DNA of 63,767 nt, filler included, from Octopus bimaculoides (GCF_001194135.2; 7 parts of 7 records of this genome joined end to end with filler, not necessarily neighbours in it); one strand, 5' to 3'. Positions 1-12,989 are shown, counted from the first letter of the whole stretch. Program-made: numbers and translations. The notes: generated by a model not told the origin, from the sequence alone.

Positions 1-42
<42 letters not shown>

Positions 43-144
43 TCTCTCTCTCTCTATATATATATACACACACACACATATATATATATACATATATATA
101 TATGTGTGTGTGTATATATATTCGATAGCCACTACACATTCTTG

Positions 145-279
145 TTTTCTCTCCTTGTTTCTTTCTCTGTTCCTTTCCGTGGAAGAGCGTAGGCTCGAAA
201 CGTTAAAGACTTTTACACTTCCAGAGTGTTATACTAATATATCTGTTTGTTGTCTACACCACCTGTCTTCGTCTTTTGC

Positions 280-285
<6 letters not shown>
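145..285 (+). mobile_element. Penelope-like terminal-repeat (pLTR) fragment with minimal hammerhead-like motif
   Basis: 173-208 reads CTTT-CCGTGGA-A-GAGC(GTAG)GCTC-GAAA-CG-TT-AAAG, a type-I hammerhead topology. The downstream GAG(C/T)GT block is shared with the copies at 22652 and 31112. Confidence 0.5.
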
Positions 286-330
<45 letters not shown>

Positions 331-334
<4 letters not shown>

Positions 335-670
335 TTGGGCAAGTGTCTTCTACTATAGCCTCGGGCCGACCAAAGCCTTGTGAGTGGATTTGGTAGACGG
401 AAACTGAAAGAAGCCCGTCGTATATATGTATATATATATATATGTATGTATGTATGTGTTTGTGTGTCTGTGTTTGTCCCCCCAACATTGCTTGACAACC
501 GATGCTGGTGTGTTTATGTCCCCGTAACTTAGCGGTTCGGCAAAAGAGACCGATAGAATAAGTACTAGGCTTCTAAAGAATAAGTCCTGGGGTCGATTTG
601 CTCGACTAAAGGCGGTGCTCCAGCATGGCCGCAGTTAAAAGACTGAAACAAGTAAAAGAGTAAAAGAGTA
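331..670 (+). mobile_element. SINE family A, 5'-truncated, with internal (TA)n/(TG)n microsatellite
   Basis: Matches the copy at 26791-27259 block for block (cttgggcaagtgtcttc...gaaactgaaagaagcccgtcg, microsatellite, gcttgacaaccgatgctgg...gactgaaacaagtaaaagagtaaaagag tail). Confidence 0.9.
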
Positions 671-968
671 TATATATATAAAAGAATAAGATAAAGAGAC
701 CAATGGCAAAGGTATGCATCCTTTAAGTTCGTTTACGAGAATCGTTTTGAATAGGCATATAAAAACTCCTATTCTGTTATGCAGGCTACAATCTAATGAA
801 GAAATGAATGTATCAATATGATCTACTCAATGTCAATGGATACTATGGACTGTATGGTAATCATCCCAGGAATACAGATTATGACCTTAAGAAACATGTG
901 ATCTGTGGAAACGCGCGTAGCGATGTATTAAAATGTTTATAAATTCCATCCAAGGATTATTATTGTTA

Positions 969-1009
<41 letters not shown>

Positions 1010-2566
1010 CCGTTCTCCCTCTTTATATATCTTCTCTATATCTCTCCTCGCCCGTCTTTTATCTTTTAACACATTTCGCAGGGATTTGTAACTAATCCCT
1101 CACTCTTTAGTTCCAGCACTTGATGGAACTTTTATATCATCGCTCGACCAGCTAAGAAATAACGGACAACTCCCCGTTGAGACATTCCTCATTGTTAACT
1201 AACTAACTAACTAAATTAATTAATTAATTGATTAATTAATTAATTAATTAATAAGGATTGGATACCACACATCGGAACCAGATAATACCAGCCTCTGATA
1301 AATAGTGGTGAATCTATGGATAATTGTGTCAGTAGCTGGGTGGATTATCTATGGATAATTGTGTCACGATATAAAAAAGATTACTTTTAATCATTTACTT
1401 AAAACTAAACTTTATATTCGGATCTTTTTCTGCTTGGCTGCAGTTTTTGAAATTTTAAAATTAAAAGAAAAGTTTCAAATTTGGTGTATTGATGTCGTTT
1501 TTCATGTTGAGTCTCCTTGTCTAATTCACTTATTTAAAAAGTTACAGAGGCTTGAAATTTCATAATTTTTACCCAGTCAAAAAACAGGATTTGGAAGCTG
1601 TCATTTTGTGTGTGACTACACGTGTTGTCAACATTGCAATAATTGCACCTGATTTAATATCAAACTGTAAACAAAAGAAATACTGGTGGAATTCTGCCAC
1701 TCGCACACCAAATAATCCCTCATAACCTTCTTGGATATTTTGGAATTTTCGAAGAAGTTTTGCGAATTTGTATTCTACATACGGGAATTCATACCATTAT
1801 GCAAGATCCAAAACAACACAAACTTTTGGTGCGTGATTTAAGGCCTATTTAGCTGCTATTCTTGGCACATCTCACGACCACCGCATACCACGTGTTTTAA
1901 GCATTTAATAATCGAAAAATGACCACGTGACTTCACAGAACAGCAACAGATGTGTAAACAGCTTGGTAACAGCTTGGCTTGTAACTATTGAAACAGATGA
2001 AACAGGCCCCTGTATGTCGCTTTTGAGTGGCTAAAATTACCCCAAATTTGCAAACTTTAAAAGCCATTAACTCTTTTATTTATTGATTTATGGCGAATAT
2101 GAATTTTATGTCAATATTTACCATGCAAAACCCCATCAATACACCAAATACGAAATCAATTGGAACATAATTAAAGAAATTGAAAAGTGGCAGCCAAACA
2201 TACGAATTAAAAGCAGCGCTAGTGTTGTAAACATGATCGACCGCGCAAACTCAATGTATGAGTTTTGATTGTTCGCCGGTTTACTTGAAGAACAGAGCTT
2301 TGAGGACAACTCCATCATAGCACAGGGTGCTAAAACACCCGAGAGTCATAGATAAGCAAGATAATTCGCCTCCAGTTCCACTCAGGAGTGATGGATACCA
2401 ATATTTCACCATTTTTGTGGCTATTCATCATCATGTACCTGAATCTATGACTATATACAAATAGTGTAAAATTCATTTGCTGGTATTCCACGATGATGCA
2501 TACGTAAGAGTGAATTCAATTACGAATTAAAATTGATATATTTGAATTAATATATTCATTTATTCA

Positions 2567-2940
2567 GGATTTGGTAGACGGAAACTATGTGGAAGCCCAT
2601 GTATATATGAACGTGTGTGCGTGTGTATGTGTGTGTGTACTTGTAAGTGACTGTGTCTGTGTCTTTGTGTTTGTTCCACCACCACCACCACCATCACCAC
2701 CATCACCAACGCTTGACAACCAGCGTTGGTTTGTTTACGTTCCCTTTCGGCAAAAGGGACCGATAGTATAGCACCAGGCTTTTAAAAAAAAGTACTAGAG
2801 TCGATTTGGTACGGTAGATATTGAACTCGTATCATGAAGGATTATTATGTCCGACGATCTAATTAGTCGGCCAATATCAACACATTGAGGCGGTGCCCCA
2901 GCATGGTCGCCGTCCAATGACTGAAAGAAGAAAAGGAATA
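2567..2940 (+). mobile_element. SINE family A, diverged and 5'-truncated
   Basis: ggatttggtagacggaaact, cttgacaacc, cggcaaaagggaccgatag and ggcggtgccccagcatgg blocks occur in family order. Confidence 0.85.
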
Positions 2941-3109
2941 CAAGACTTTTAGAGAATAAGTTCCTTACTTCGTTCATTGACTTCGAACTCTTGATCGTGT
3001 TGTTAGGCACCGCCGGGGAATATTAAGACTTGTCGGAATCAGGCTGTCTAAGACTGAATATAATCAATCACTTCCAGGTAGAAAAAGAAAGAGAGAGAGA
3101 GAGAGGGAG

Positions 3110-3151
<42 letters not shown>

Positions 3152-3199
3152 TAGAGAAAAAGAGAGGAAGAGGGGAGGATGAATCCCACATCTTCAAAT

Positions 3200-3511
3200 C
3201 TTTTATCTTTTACTTGTTTCAATCATAGGACAGCGGGACCTTGAAGGGTTTTAGTCGAACAAATCGACCCCCAGGACTTATAGTTTTCTTTTGCCGAATT
3301 GTTAAGTAGCAAGAACGTAAACACACACACACACACACACACACACAAGTATACTATGGGCTTTCACCCAGTTTCCATTTACCAAATCCACTCACAGTAC
3401 ATTGGTTGGCCTGGCGGCTATAGCAGAAGACTCTTGCCTAAGTTGCCGTACAGTGGAACTGACCCCGAAACCACACGGTTGCAAAATAGTGAGCTTCTTA
3501 ACCACTCAGCC
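3200..3511 (-). mobile_element. SINE family A, diverged
   Basis: Reverse complement of the family A tail (ttttacttgtttc), body (tagtcgaacaaatcgaccccc) and head (ccaaatccactcac, cttaaccactcagcc). Confidence 0.85.
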
Positions 3512-3534
3512 AACGATAGAGGAAAATACTAAAA

Positions 3535-3568
<34 letters not shown>

Positions 3569-4612
3569 CAGCAAAATGATCCCAGCAGATATTGAACTCA
3601 AATCACGGAAGATTGTGTCCGACGTTTTAACTAGCTGGCTAATTCACAGACAATAAGGCATAATAAGATAATAAAGTGGGAAAAAAAGTAAAAAACAAAA
3701 AGAACAGTATCTATTCTTCTTTTTTATTGATCTGGTGTCGTTTTGTACTTTAGAAAATTATCTATGAATGATCGATAATGGAGAAAATATATCTTGTGTA
3801 CAAACAATGACATGCACACACACACACACACACACAAACACAAAGATACACATATACACAAATATATATATATGCCTATACAGTAGAAGCAAGTAAAAAC
3901 ACAGAAACACACTTGTATGTATAACCACATATTCACAGTCAAAAACATATACATACAGGTAGATAGACACACGCATATTCAAACACATACATACACATAT
4001 ACTCACACACATACACAGTCACGAACGCACATACATATATACATCCATAACCACAAATAGATATATACACACTCAAACACATATATACGCGCAACAGACA
4101 AATAAGCGCATGTACGATATGGAGATTAAAAAAAAAATCTCCCGAAAAACCGCAAATCTTTCGTCGTTTAGTTAGAACTCTTAAGAAATTTATTCAATTC
4201 TTCTAACAATGACAAATAAATCTGATTTGTCCTCGTTACGCTATTAACATATGTGTGTCTACCTATATATGCACGTGGTNNNNNNNNNNNNNNNNNNNNN
4301 NNNNNNNNNNNNNNNNNNNNNNNNNNNNNNNNNNNNNNNNNNNNNNNNNNNNNNNNNNNNNNNNNNNNNNNNNNNNNNNNNNNNNNNNNNNNNNNNNNNN
4401 NNNNNNNNNNNNNNNNNNNNNNNNNNNNNNNNNNNNNNNNNNNNNNNNNNNNNNNNNNNNNNNNNNNNNNNNNNNNNNNNNNNNNNNNNNNNNNNNNNNN
4501 NNNNNNNNNNNNNNNNNNNNNNNNNNNNNNNNNNNNNNNNNNNNNNNNNNNNNNNNNNNNNNNNNNNNNNNNNNNNNNNNNNNNNNNNNNNNNNNNNNNN
4601 NNNNNNNNNNNN

Positions 4613-4672
<60 letters not shown>

Positions 4673-5048
4673 AATAAGTTGATTCAGCGAGGCTTTTAAG
4701 AACAGCAGATCAACGAAAGTTTTCTTTTATAGAAACGCAGAAAGCTGGTCTTTTAATTGTTTAGTTTCTCTAATTCTATTCTTTTTTGGTCAACCAATAT
4801 TCCATAATCAGCGACTAATGGTGCTTCTTTCATCTACAGTCTTCGATTACTTCTTTTGTTTCGCATTTTTCCTTGTAGCTGTCTGTTTGTTGTTTTCGCT
4901 TTGTTTCCTTGTTTGTGCCTTTGTCGTTCACCCGCACCAGCCCCACTATCACCATCATCACTGCCATCAATCATATCTCCCCTAATTCTTCCGTCCATCA
5001 TCATCATCATCATTATTATTATTATTATCATTATTATTATTATTATTA

Positions 5049-5079
<31 letters not shown>

Positions 5080-5136
5080 CCACGATATTTTTTGCCATAA
5101 TTCATCTCTTTTCTGCTATTCGCAACCAATTCGTAT

Positions 5137-5182
<46 letters not shown>

Positions 5183-5463
5183 GTAAGTATGTATGTATGA
5201 ATGTATATATTATATGTATACACATGTACAAGCATACACACATATAAATATGTTTTTATAATACAACACACACACGCATACACACGCACACACACAGACA
5301 CACACACATGTATGTAAGTATGTATGAATGCATGTATGCATGTATTTATGTAAATATAATATATATGTATGCACATACGTACACGCATACACACATATAA
5401 ATATGTATATATAATACAACACATACACACACATACACACGCATACAGACAAACGCACACACA

Positions 5464-5508
<45 letters not shown>

Positions 5509-6678
5509 ATATATAACGTAAACAGTTTTGTGTATCCACCACCTAACGCGTATACTCCACTCCAAAACTTCTGCTCAGGTACACATACACATAATCAGGT
5601 ATAGTGACACGTAGGCGATCAAGCACACATACATACGCAAATAAGCGCACACATACACACACATACACACATCCACAAAAACGATTATACAAATATTTCA
5701 ACCAGAAGAATACATATTTAATTGATATGTTGATCTAGTTTTTTTTTTTTTTTTTTCGGTTTTATATTTTCGTCTTTAGTTTTTATTTAAAAGTGGAATA
5801 TTTCCGAATGATAACAAGGTCTTTTTGTCTCAATACTTATTTCCTTTAAAGAAATGGTATAAGGATTGGTAAATATTATGGCTTGTTTTAACTGATTTAG
5901 CAAATTACTTTGTGTGTTTGTGTGTGTGTACGTGTGTGTGTTATGACTGGTAAAAGAAGTGTCTTCTAACTAGTTGAAGAATGGTACAGAATATATAATA
6001 GCTAAACATTTAAGACATAATGCCGAAGAATATAGTCTAATTTGAAATAGGCATAAAAAGTGGCTTGGAAGCGCACAAGCGCTCACGCGCACACATATTT
6101 TGTATGCACACATATAAACCTACATATATTTTAGGCGTAATATATGATGTTTACGTAGTCTACCGGTTTCACTAGCTAAAACATATTCATGATATTATAA
6201 TTAACGATGTTGCTCTAATATGTGCGCGCGCGCGCGTGGTGTTATATATATATTAAGAGAGAATGAGAGAGAGAGAGGGAGAGAGGGGAAGAGAGACAAT
6301 AAACGAAGGAGAGTGATGAATATGTTAAAAGACAAAGTCGAACGGAAAGAACATTACAGATAAATAACCTTCGAACAGATAGTCAGCAGCGCCGCCTGGC
6401 TGGAGCTTGGCTGCTCTGCATTGACAAGGGGCAACACCCTGAAACTAGTCTGCAGATGCCAAACCAGCAAGGGGAAACTGCTGACCTCCCCTGTTCGAAG
6501 GTTATAAAGGACACAGGTTTCGTGTGTCACATAGCTAGCTAGAGGCGATGGCTTCTTGGAGCTAATTCACGGCAGCTTTCGTCCTAATTTTGGGACTGCC
6601 ATGTTGGCTTGGCGATAACTATTAATTTTCAGTACCGCTGCCGTAGTCTCCTTTAGAGAGACTTAGAAATATTAATAA

Positions 6679-6710
<32 letters not shown>

Positions 6711-7267
6711 NNNNNNNNNNNNNNNNNNNNNNNNNNNNNNNNNNNNNNNNNNNNNNNNNNNNNNNNNNNNNNNNNNNNNNNNNNNNNNNNNNNNNNNNNN
6801 NNNNNNNNNNNNNNNNNNNNAAGAAGATACTTGACCCACTCAGTGTAAGAGCTAAATCCTTTTCAATCAAACCTATAGTGTCTTTAAGCCTAAACAAGAT
6901 TGTTGAGTGGGATTTAGTTATGGTTCATTGATTAGGGCCTTTCTATCCCATCTCTCCCCCTCTCTCTCGCCGATTGTCTGTCTGTCCGTCTTTCACTAAT
7001 AGATATTAAGAAAGTTAGGTGAACTGAATAATCTGTGGTTCACTGAACAGAACTTTCATACCTTCCACCGCCTGTCAGTCTGTCTGCTTGTCTGTCTGTC
7101 TATCTATCTGTCTCTGTCTGTCTGTCTCTCTGTCTCTCTCCCTTCTCTCTTCCCTTCAGTGATGAGTATTATGACAGTTTGAAAATAAACGTGGGATTCA
7201 GTCTGTGCTTAAATGAATACGATAAAATACATATACTTACTCCTACGCATGCACGCACACACACACA

Positions 7268-7308
<41 letters not shown>

Positions 7309-7649
7309 ACACACACACACACACACAGATATTCTCTGTCTGTCTCTCACAAACACACACATACAAATACACGTATATACACTGATATTTCGTACAAACA
7401 CGCGCAAATGATACACATAAATACGCATATACAAGCACACACACACACTCACACTCACACACACACACACACACGCACTATATCTCTCTCACTCACACAT
7501 ACACACACATATTCACATATATTCTGACATCACGTACGAGCATGCGCACAAATCATCCTCATAAACACACATGTACAATCGTGAACAAGTACACACGCAT
7601 GCATCAATGTTACGTTTTCCTTGAATCCTTTATTGCTGTTTTGTTGTTG

Positions 7650-7810
7650 TTTAGCTTCGGGTCAGTCCGGAAGGAGCAGAACCCTTGACTCGAGACGTTC
7701 CAACCATGACCACGTCAAGTTTTTGTATATCTAGAACAAACAACATATCCCAATGTATTAGTTTCATTTTGAAGGAAGGGAGAGTGTGGCTTGTTTCTGC
7801 CAAATCAAAT
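7650..7810 (-). mobile_element. Unclassified dispersed repeat family D (SINE-like)
   Basis: gttccaaccatgacc is the reverse complement of the ggtcatggctgga block found in the copies near 17185 and 47965. Confidence 0.55.
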
Positions 7811-7958
7811 GTCCACGTCAAGGTTCCAGCAGTTGTTATCTCTTGGCAGTGGAGAGTCATGTTCGAGTAAACCAGTGTTCAAAAGCGTTCCAGTTTTGCC
7901 CACCCCATCTTCCATTCCGAAATTGTGTAAACTAAAACTTCACTAATGCTGTTATATA

Positions 7959-8584
7959 CTAGCTGTTGGACCCGGCGTTGCTTGTGTTTTCTGTGTTGAA
8001 GTTAAGCCCACCTCTGACCATTGAAATTTTATACGTGATTACAGTTCATGTCCGTTAGTTGGTGCCAGCCCGGGAATTAAATTAAAAGCTTTACCGTATC
8101 CCATACCATAAAATTTACATAATCTGAAATTTCATTAAAATCGGATGAAAAATATGAAAGTTATGGCCAAAAATAAAATCCTCTAAGGGTACTTGCACTC
8201 AAAAAGCCTATTGATTTTATAGAACCACTGCTCAGGCGCAATTATCGATTTTGTTTTGTCAATGCCATATACTGACATCAACTCACTGCTATGAGCCTCA
8301 CTCACTCATCGATTTTCATCAAAATCGGACAAAACATGCAAAAGCTGCAGGAAAAATAACATCGTTATGGTATTTTTCATTCAAACGCCCGACTGAGCTC
8401 ACAAAAATCGATGCCAACTGAGCATTATCGAGCTTTCAAAAAATTCCGGTCTTATTTGAACTTCCGGGAATGTGATCTACCTATGTGCCAAAAATCATTA
8501 AAATCGGTTGGACGGTGTGGGAGGAGTTAGAATAACCCCAAACATACATACAGACAGACACCATTACACATTAATGTATATAGA
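7959..8584 (-). mobile_element. Non-autonomous Helitron (about 626 bp)
   Basis: On the minus strand it starts A|TCTATATAC (8585|8584) and ends GCAACGCCGGGTCCAACAGCTAG|T (7959|7958): 5'-TC...CTAG-3' inserted between A and T with no TSD. It has a subterminal (GTCT)n/(GTAT)n tract and three internal (A/C)AAATCGG-containing repeats about 180 bp apart. Confidence 0.8.
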
Positions 8585-8714
8585 TTGAGTTAAAAACCTT
8601 CGATCAGCATAAATTATCCAAGCAATTACTAAATAAAAGCTCCCTCTAGGAGCATATGTTTTGGTCATATTAGAAATATAGTTTATACTGTTAAAACCCC
8701 CATCCAGCATACGG

Positions 8715-9295
8715 CAGAAGAGAATTAGGGAAATAAAAGTAATCTAATTTAATCTACCGTTATTATCTACAAGTCACCACTAATATAGACAGAAATTTCC
8801 CAGTAGTATAATGACGTTATTTTCTTACCTTCCCACACCGAAATTGCATAAACTCTTCAACTCACACAATGTTAAGTTCAGTTATTTATGTATAGACAAT
8901 ATAGCTTCTCAGATCAGACTCAGAGACAACAGTGAACACTTCTTCGACACATGCACACACTATCAGCCGCCACGTCAGCCAGCCTGTGACTGTTGAATTC
9001 GTGCTTTTCTAAGCAAATACTTTCAAGAAATCTTTCCTTCAATGTTTCTACTCATTCAGACAAAGAAAGAAAGGAAATGAACTTTCTCTGTCACTTAGAA
9101 ACTCATGGATAAGATGAGACCCTACGCTCATCAATAATATAAACATCGTTGACAGGATCAAGTCATCCTTTATCACAGCGCGAAACTGTAGACTTTTCCG
9201 AAACGGCAAACTCAGTATTTTGAAACAGTCTGGGATATCTCTTAACCAGAAATCAGAAATATTTTCCAACTCTCCTTACATGCGGAAGTCTTTAG
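8715..9295 (+). mobile_element. Penelope-like element, decayed C-terminal region (post-RT linker and GIY-YIG domain tail)
   Basis: Across frameshifts: KVI*FNLP, QVTTNIDRNF, LHKLFNSHNVKFSYLCIDNIASQI, ACDC, then NIVDRIKSSFITARNCRLFRNGKLSIL and LNQKSEIFSNSPYMRK. These match the PLE motif order IIWFNPP / VKTNIG / LHKIFN..N.K.SYSC / CNC / CxLCxxEK / LNKRSE. Confidence 0.8.
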
Positions 9296-9604
9296 AAATT
9301 TCTAGAATTCCGCAAAGCTTAGAAAGTCACAATCTAAAGACATTAACACTACAGAAATCAGCTTTCTCCTCGTGGAAATAATTGCCTTTTAATGCAAAAC
9401 TCGGAGTTGCTTTTCTCTACAATGCACAGAAGTCCAAAGAGAGTGGCTCTACAGATTACTGCATATATGAACAGATGACCAAATTTACAAGAACAGAACA
9501 GACATAAAATCTTCTGCCACCTTTCTCAATATTGTTTGAATATCAGTCACGTACTTCCATGGCGTGTCACAGAAGCCACTCCCCTCGAACGTAGTTCATC
9601 GTAG

Positions 9605-9730
9605 GATTAATCATTTACAGTTGAGTGGACTGAGCAACGTCGAATGAAGTGTTTTGCGTAAGAACTCGATGCACAACCCGGTCTGTGAATCGAAACCACG
9701 ATCTTGCGATAGTGACTGTGATACCACCTA
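9605..9730 (-). mobile_element. tRNA-derived SINE family G fragment
   Basis: Reverse strand has gatcgtggtttcgattc (B box) followed by gcaaaacacttcattcgacgttgctcagtccactc, as in the copies at 16310 and 19960. Confidence 0.65.
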
Positions 9731-9779
9731 CCAGTGTGGTGACAATATAAAAGTCTGAGCTAATTCACTGATTGTTGAC

Positions 9780-9821
<42 letters not shown>

Positions 9822-10565
9822 ACGCAGACACACACACATATATATATATATATATATCCGAATGTATGTATGTATGTATGTATGTATGTATATNNNNNNN
9901 NNNNNNNNNNNNNNNNNNNNNNNNNNNNNNNNNNNNNNNNNNNNNNNNNNNNNNNNNNNNNNNNNNNNNNNNNNNNNNNNNNNNNNNNNNNNNNNNNNNN
10001 NNNNNNNNNNNNNNNNNNNNNNNNNNNNNNNNNNNNNNNNNNNNNNNNNNNNNNNNNNNNNNNNNNNNNNNNNNNNNNNNNNNNNNNNNNNNNNNNNNNN
10101 NNNNNNNNNNNNNNNNNNNNNNNNNNNNNNNNNNNNNNNNNNNCATAAATATATAGGGATTGACAGTAACCTGCTTCTCCAACATACTGAGAATTCAGAA
10201 ATAGCAGTCAAAGAACTACTGATTTCAAAACTACAAATTATTACTAATTGATGATTCCCTGCCCTGCATATCTATATTTTAATAATAACTCCAAGGTGGA
10301 TGGTTATACCGCAGGAATTCGTACGAGTCTCTTTCCTAAACGGGACTATTTCTGATACACACTGAATTGAAATTCATTAGGGCGAGAGGTTTTGAACTTA
10401 CTGGCCGATAAATTTCTTAACGTCTTCTTCACGTGGTATTGATGTTCACATGGTCAAAATTAAAGAAACAGTGAGAAAGGAAGAAATAAAGAAACAGTGA
10501 GAAAGAGAGGAGAGAGAGACATAAGAGAGAGGAACAGAAAGACTAAGAGAAAGAGAGAGAAGGAC

Positions 10566-10604
<39 letters not shown>

Positions 10605-11154
10605 AAGAGAACGAAAGAAAATGAGGAAGCAAGAGAAAGAAAGCAAAAGAGAGAACGAAAGCGAGATGGGAAAAGAGTAAGAAGGTGAATGAGTTAGAGA
10701 GAGAGAGAGAGAGAGGGAGGGAGCAGAAAAATGCCTGGCATTCCATTGATGAAATTCCACTGGAGGAGTAGTTAGGGGATAAGAAAGTGAGTAGGGAAGG
10801 AGAGCAGAGATGATTTCTTTGACTAGCAGACATCATCTGAAGACAATGGCATTTTTTAAAGACTATAATGTTCCTTACCAACACACACAAACACACACAC
10901 TCACATATTCCTATATATATGCGCATTCTAATACACATGCACGTTTATGCAAGCGAAATCGCAGAGGGACATGTGGAGTTTGGCATTCTGCGAGAAAGTA
11001 TTGGCATACTTGTGTATAACGAATATATACAACACATGTACGCACGCAGGTACGCACACGTGTATGCACACATTGACACGTATACACGTTTATGCACGTA
11101 CGTAAATGTTTATGAACGTATGTATCATAGCTGTGTGTATATATATATGTGTGT

Positions 11155-11195
<41 letters not shown>

Positions 11196-11786
11196 CACGA
11201 CTGTATGGGTATATGAAAATACCAGCGTATATGTATATACGGTTAAATATATGTATGTAAATATATATNNNNNNNNNNNNNNNNNNNNNNNNNNNNNNNN
11301 NNNNNNNNNNNNNNNNNNNNNNNNNNNNNNNNNNNNNNNNNNNNNNNNNNNNNNNNNNNNNNNNNNNNNNNNNNNNNNNNNNNNNNNNNNNNNNNNNNNN
11401 NNNNNNNNNNNNNNNNNNNNNNNNNNNNNNNNNNNNNNNNNNNNNNNNNNNNNNNNNNNNNNNNNNNNNNNNNNNNNNNNNNNNNNNNNNNNNNNNNNNN
11501 NNNNNNNNNNNNNNNNNNNNNNNNNNNNNNNNNNNNNNNNNNNNNNNNNNNNNNNNNNNNNNNNNNNNNNNNNNNNNNNNNNNNNNNNNNNNNNNNNNNN
11601 NNNNNNNNNNNNNNNNNNNNNNNNNNNNNNNNNNNNNNNNNNNNNNNNNNNNNNNNNNNNNNNNNNNNNNNNNNNNNNNNNNNNNNNNNNNNNNNNNNNN
11701 NNNNNNNNNNNNNNNNNNNNNNNNNNNNNNNNNNNNNNNNNNNNNNNNNNNNNNNNNNNNNNNNNNATATATATATATATATATAT

Positions 11787-11920
11787 AAACAAATAGTAAA
11801 TGAGTATATGCATATATACGTACAGGTATGTGCGTACCGACATCCACCTGTATGTATAGGTGCATATCTGGGTACAGGACATTGCAAACAAAACGTAGAC
11901 GAGAAAACACACAAGCCACA
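11787..11920 (-). repeat. Unclassified dispersed repeat family E, copy 1
   Basis: Reverse complement aligns with 60977-61126 (tttgtttgcaa..tgtacccagatatgca.cta...atatatgcatatactcat). Confidence 0.75.
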
Positions 11921-12798
11921 TAGAGAACATTCTACTTCATCAGCTACCCCCGTTTTAACGCCGGCGTTTCGAATATATATATATATGAGTGTGTATATAT
12001 ATACATATATATATATATATAAGTACATATGTATATGAATGTGTGTAAATATATATATATATATTGTTTGCAGGTAAGATCAACAAAAAATATACTCCAG
12101 TGAGAGATAAATCTCATTTAATACACAGAATATCAAGATACGAGCAAGTAATAGTATCATGCATTGGAGACGCTAGTCTACGCACGTTGATATAACACGC
12201 CTTGTGTCTCCAGGCGATTTTTGGGCTAGTAGAACATGGGCTTATTCGATTTACGAACCAGGATGCTAGAACAAGAGGAATCACGAGGAAATACGAGAAC
12301 GTAGATGCAAATTGTTGTAGTGTGCTATATATATATATATATATATATATAATAGAGAGAGAGAGAGAGAGAGAAGAGATCGGAGCACACAAATGAACTG
12401 ATGTGCATGTGTCACATGACCTGACAGGTACAGTAGCCAAAATCCCTCGAATTGGTACACAACTGCAATCACCTCCCCTCACACACTGTCCGTCTCCCTC
12501 TATCTTTGCAGTCAACCAGGAACTATTGATATCCTGCTTTTCTAAAGAAGTTGTGTACCGAGTATTCAATGAAATTATTATATATGACATAAAACACTTT
12601 TAAGAGTTGGTTCTTTCAACATTTCTACTCATTCTGGCCAAGGAACAAGGGAAATTGCACGTTTGTTTCGCAGTATATATTAATACCCAACGAGATAGAC
12701 CTATGTGTACTAGATGGACTTATTAGAAGTATCAGCATTGCTTGCTTCATGCTCTTGCTTGATGGAAATGGAATCATTCTAGGTTAGTGGTCCCAAAG

Positions 12799-12914
12799 AC
12801 ATCATCATGCGTAGAGCCGATCAAGTCCACCAGTGCTTTCCATCGCTGATAGCTCCTTGCCAAACTCTCCGCATCTTCTTAAGTGACTTCGAACCTCTGG
12901 AGATCTTCCTTAAT
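12799..12914 (-). mobile_element. RTE-clade LINE 3' end fragment
   Basis: Minus frame IKEDLQRFEVT*EDAESLARSYQRWKALVDLIGSTH resembles RTE ORF C-termini; a short (GAT)n tail follows. Confidence 0.6.
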
Positions 12915-12927
12915 CATCCATCCATCC

Positions 12928-12989
<62 letters not shown>

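Noticed and set aside
895-940. GAAACGCGCGTA palindrome resembling a hammerhead helix III
   Set aside because: I could not find a convincing CUGANGA core or stem II upstream.
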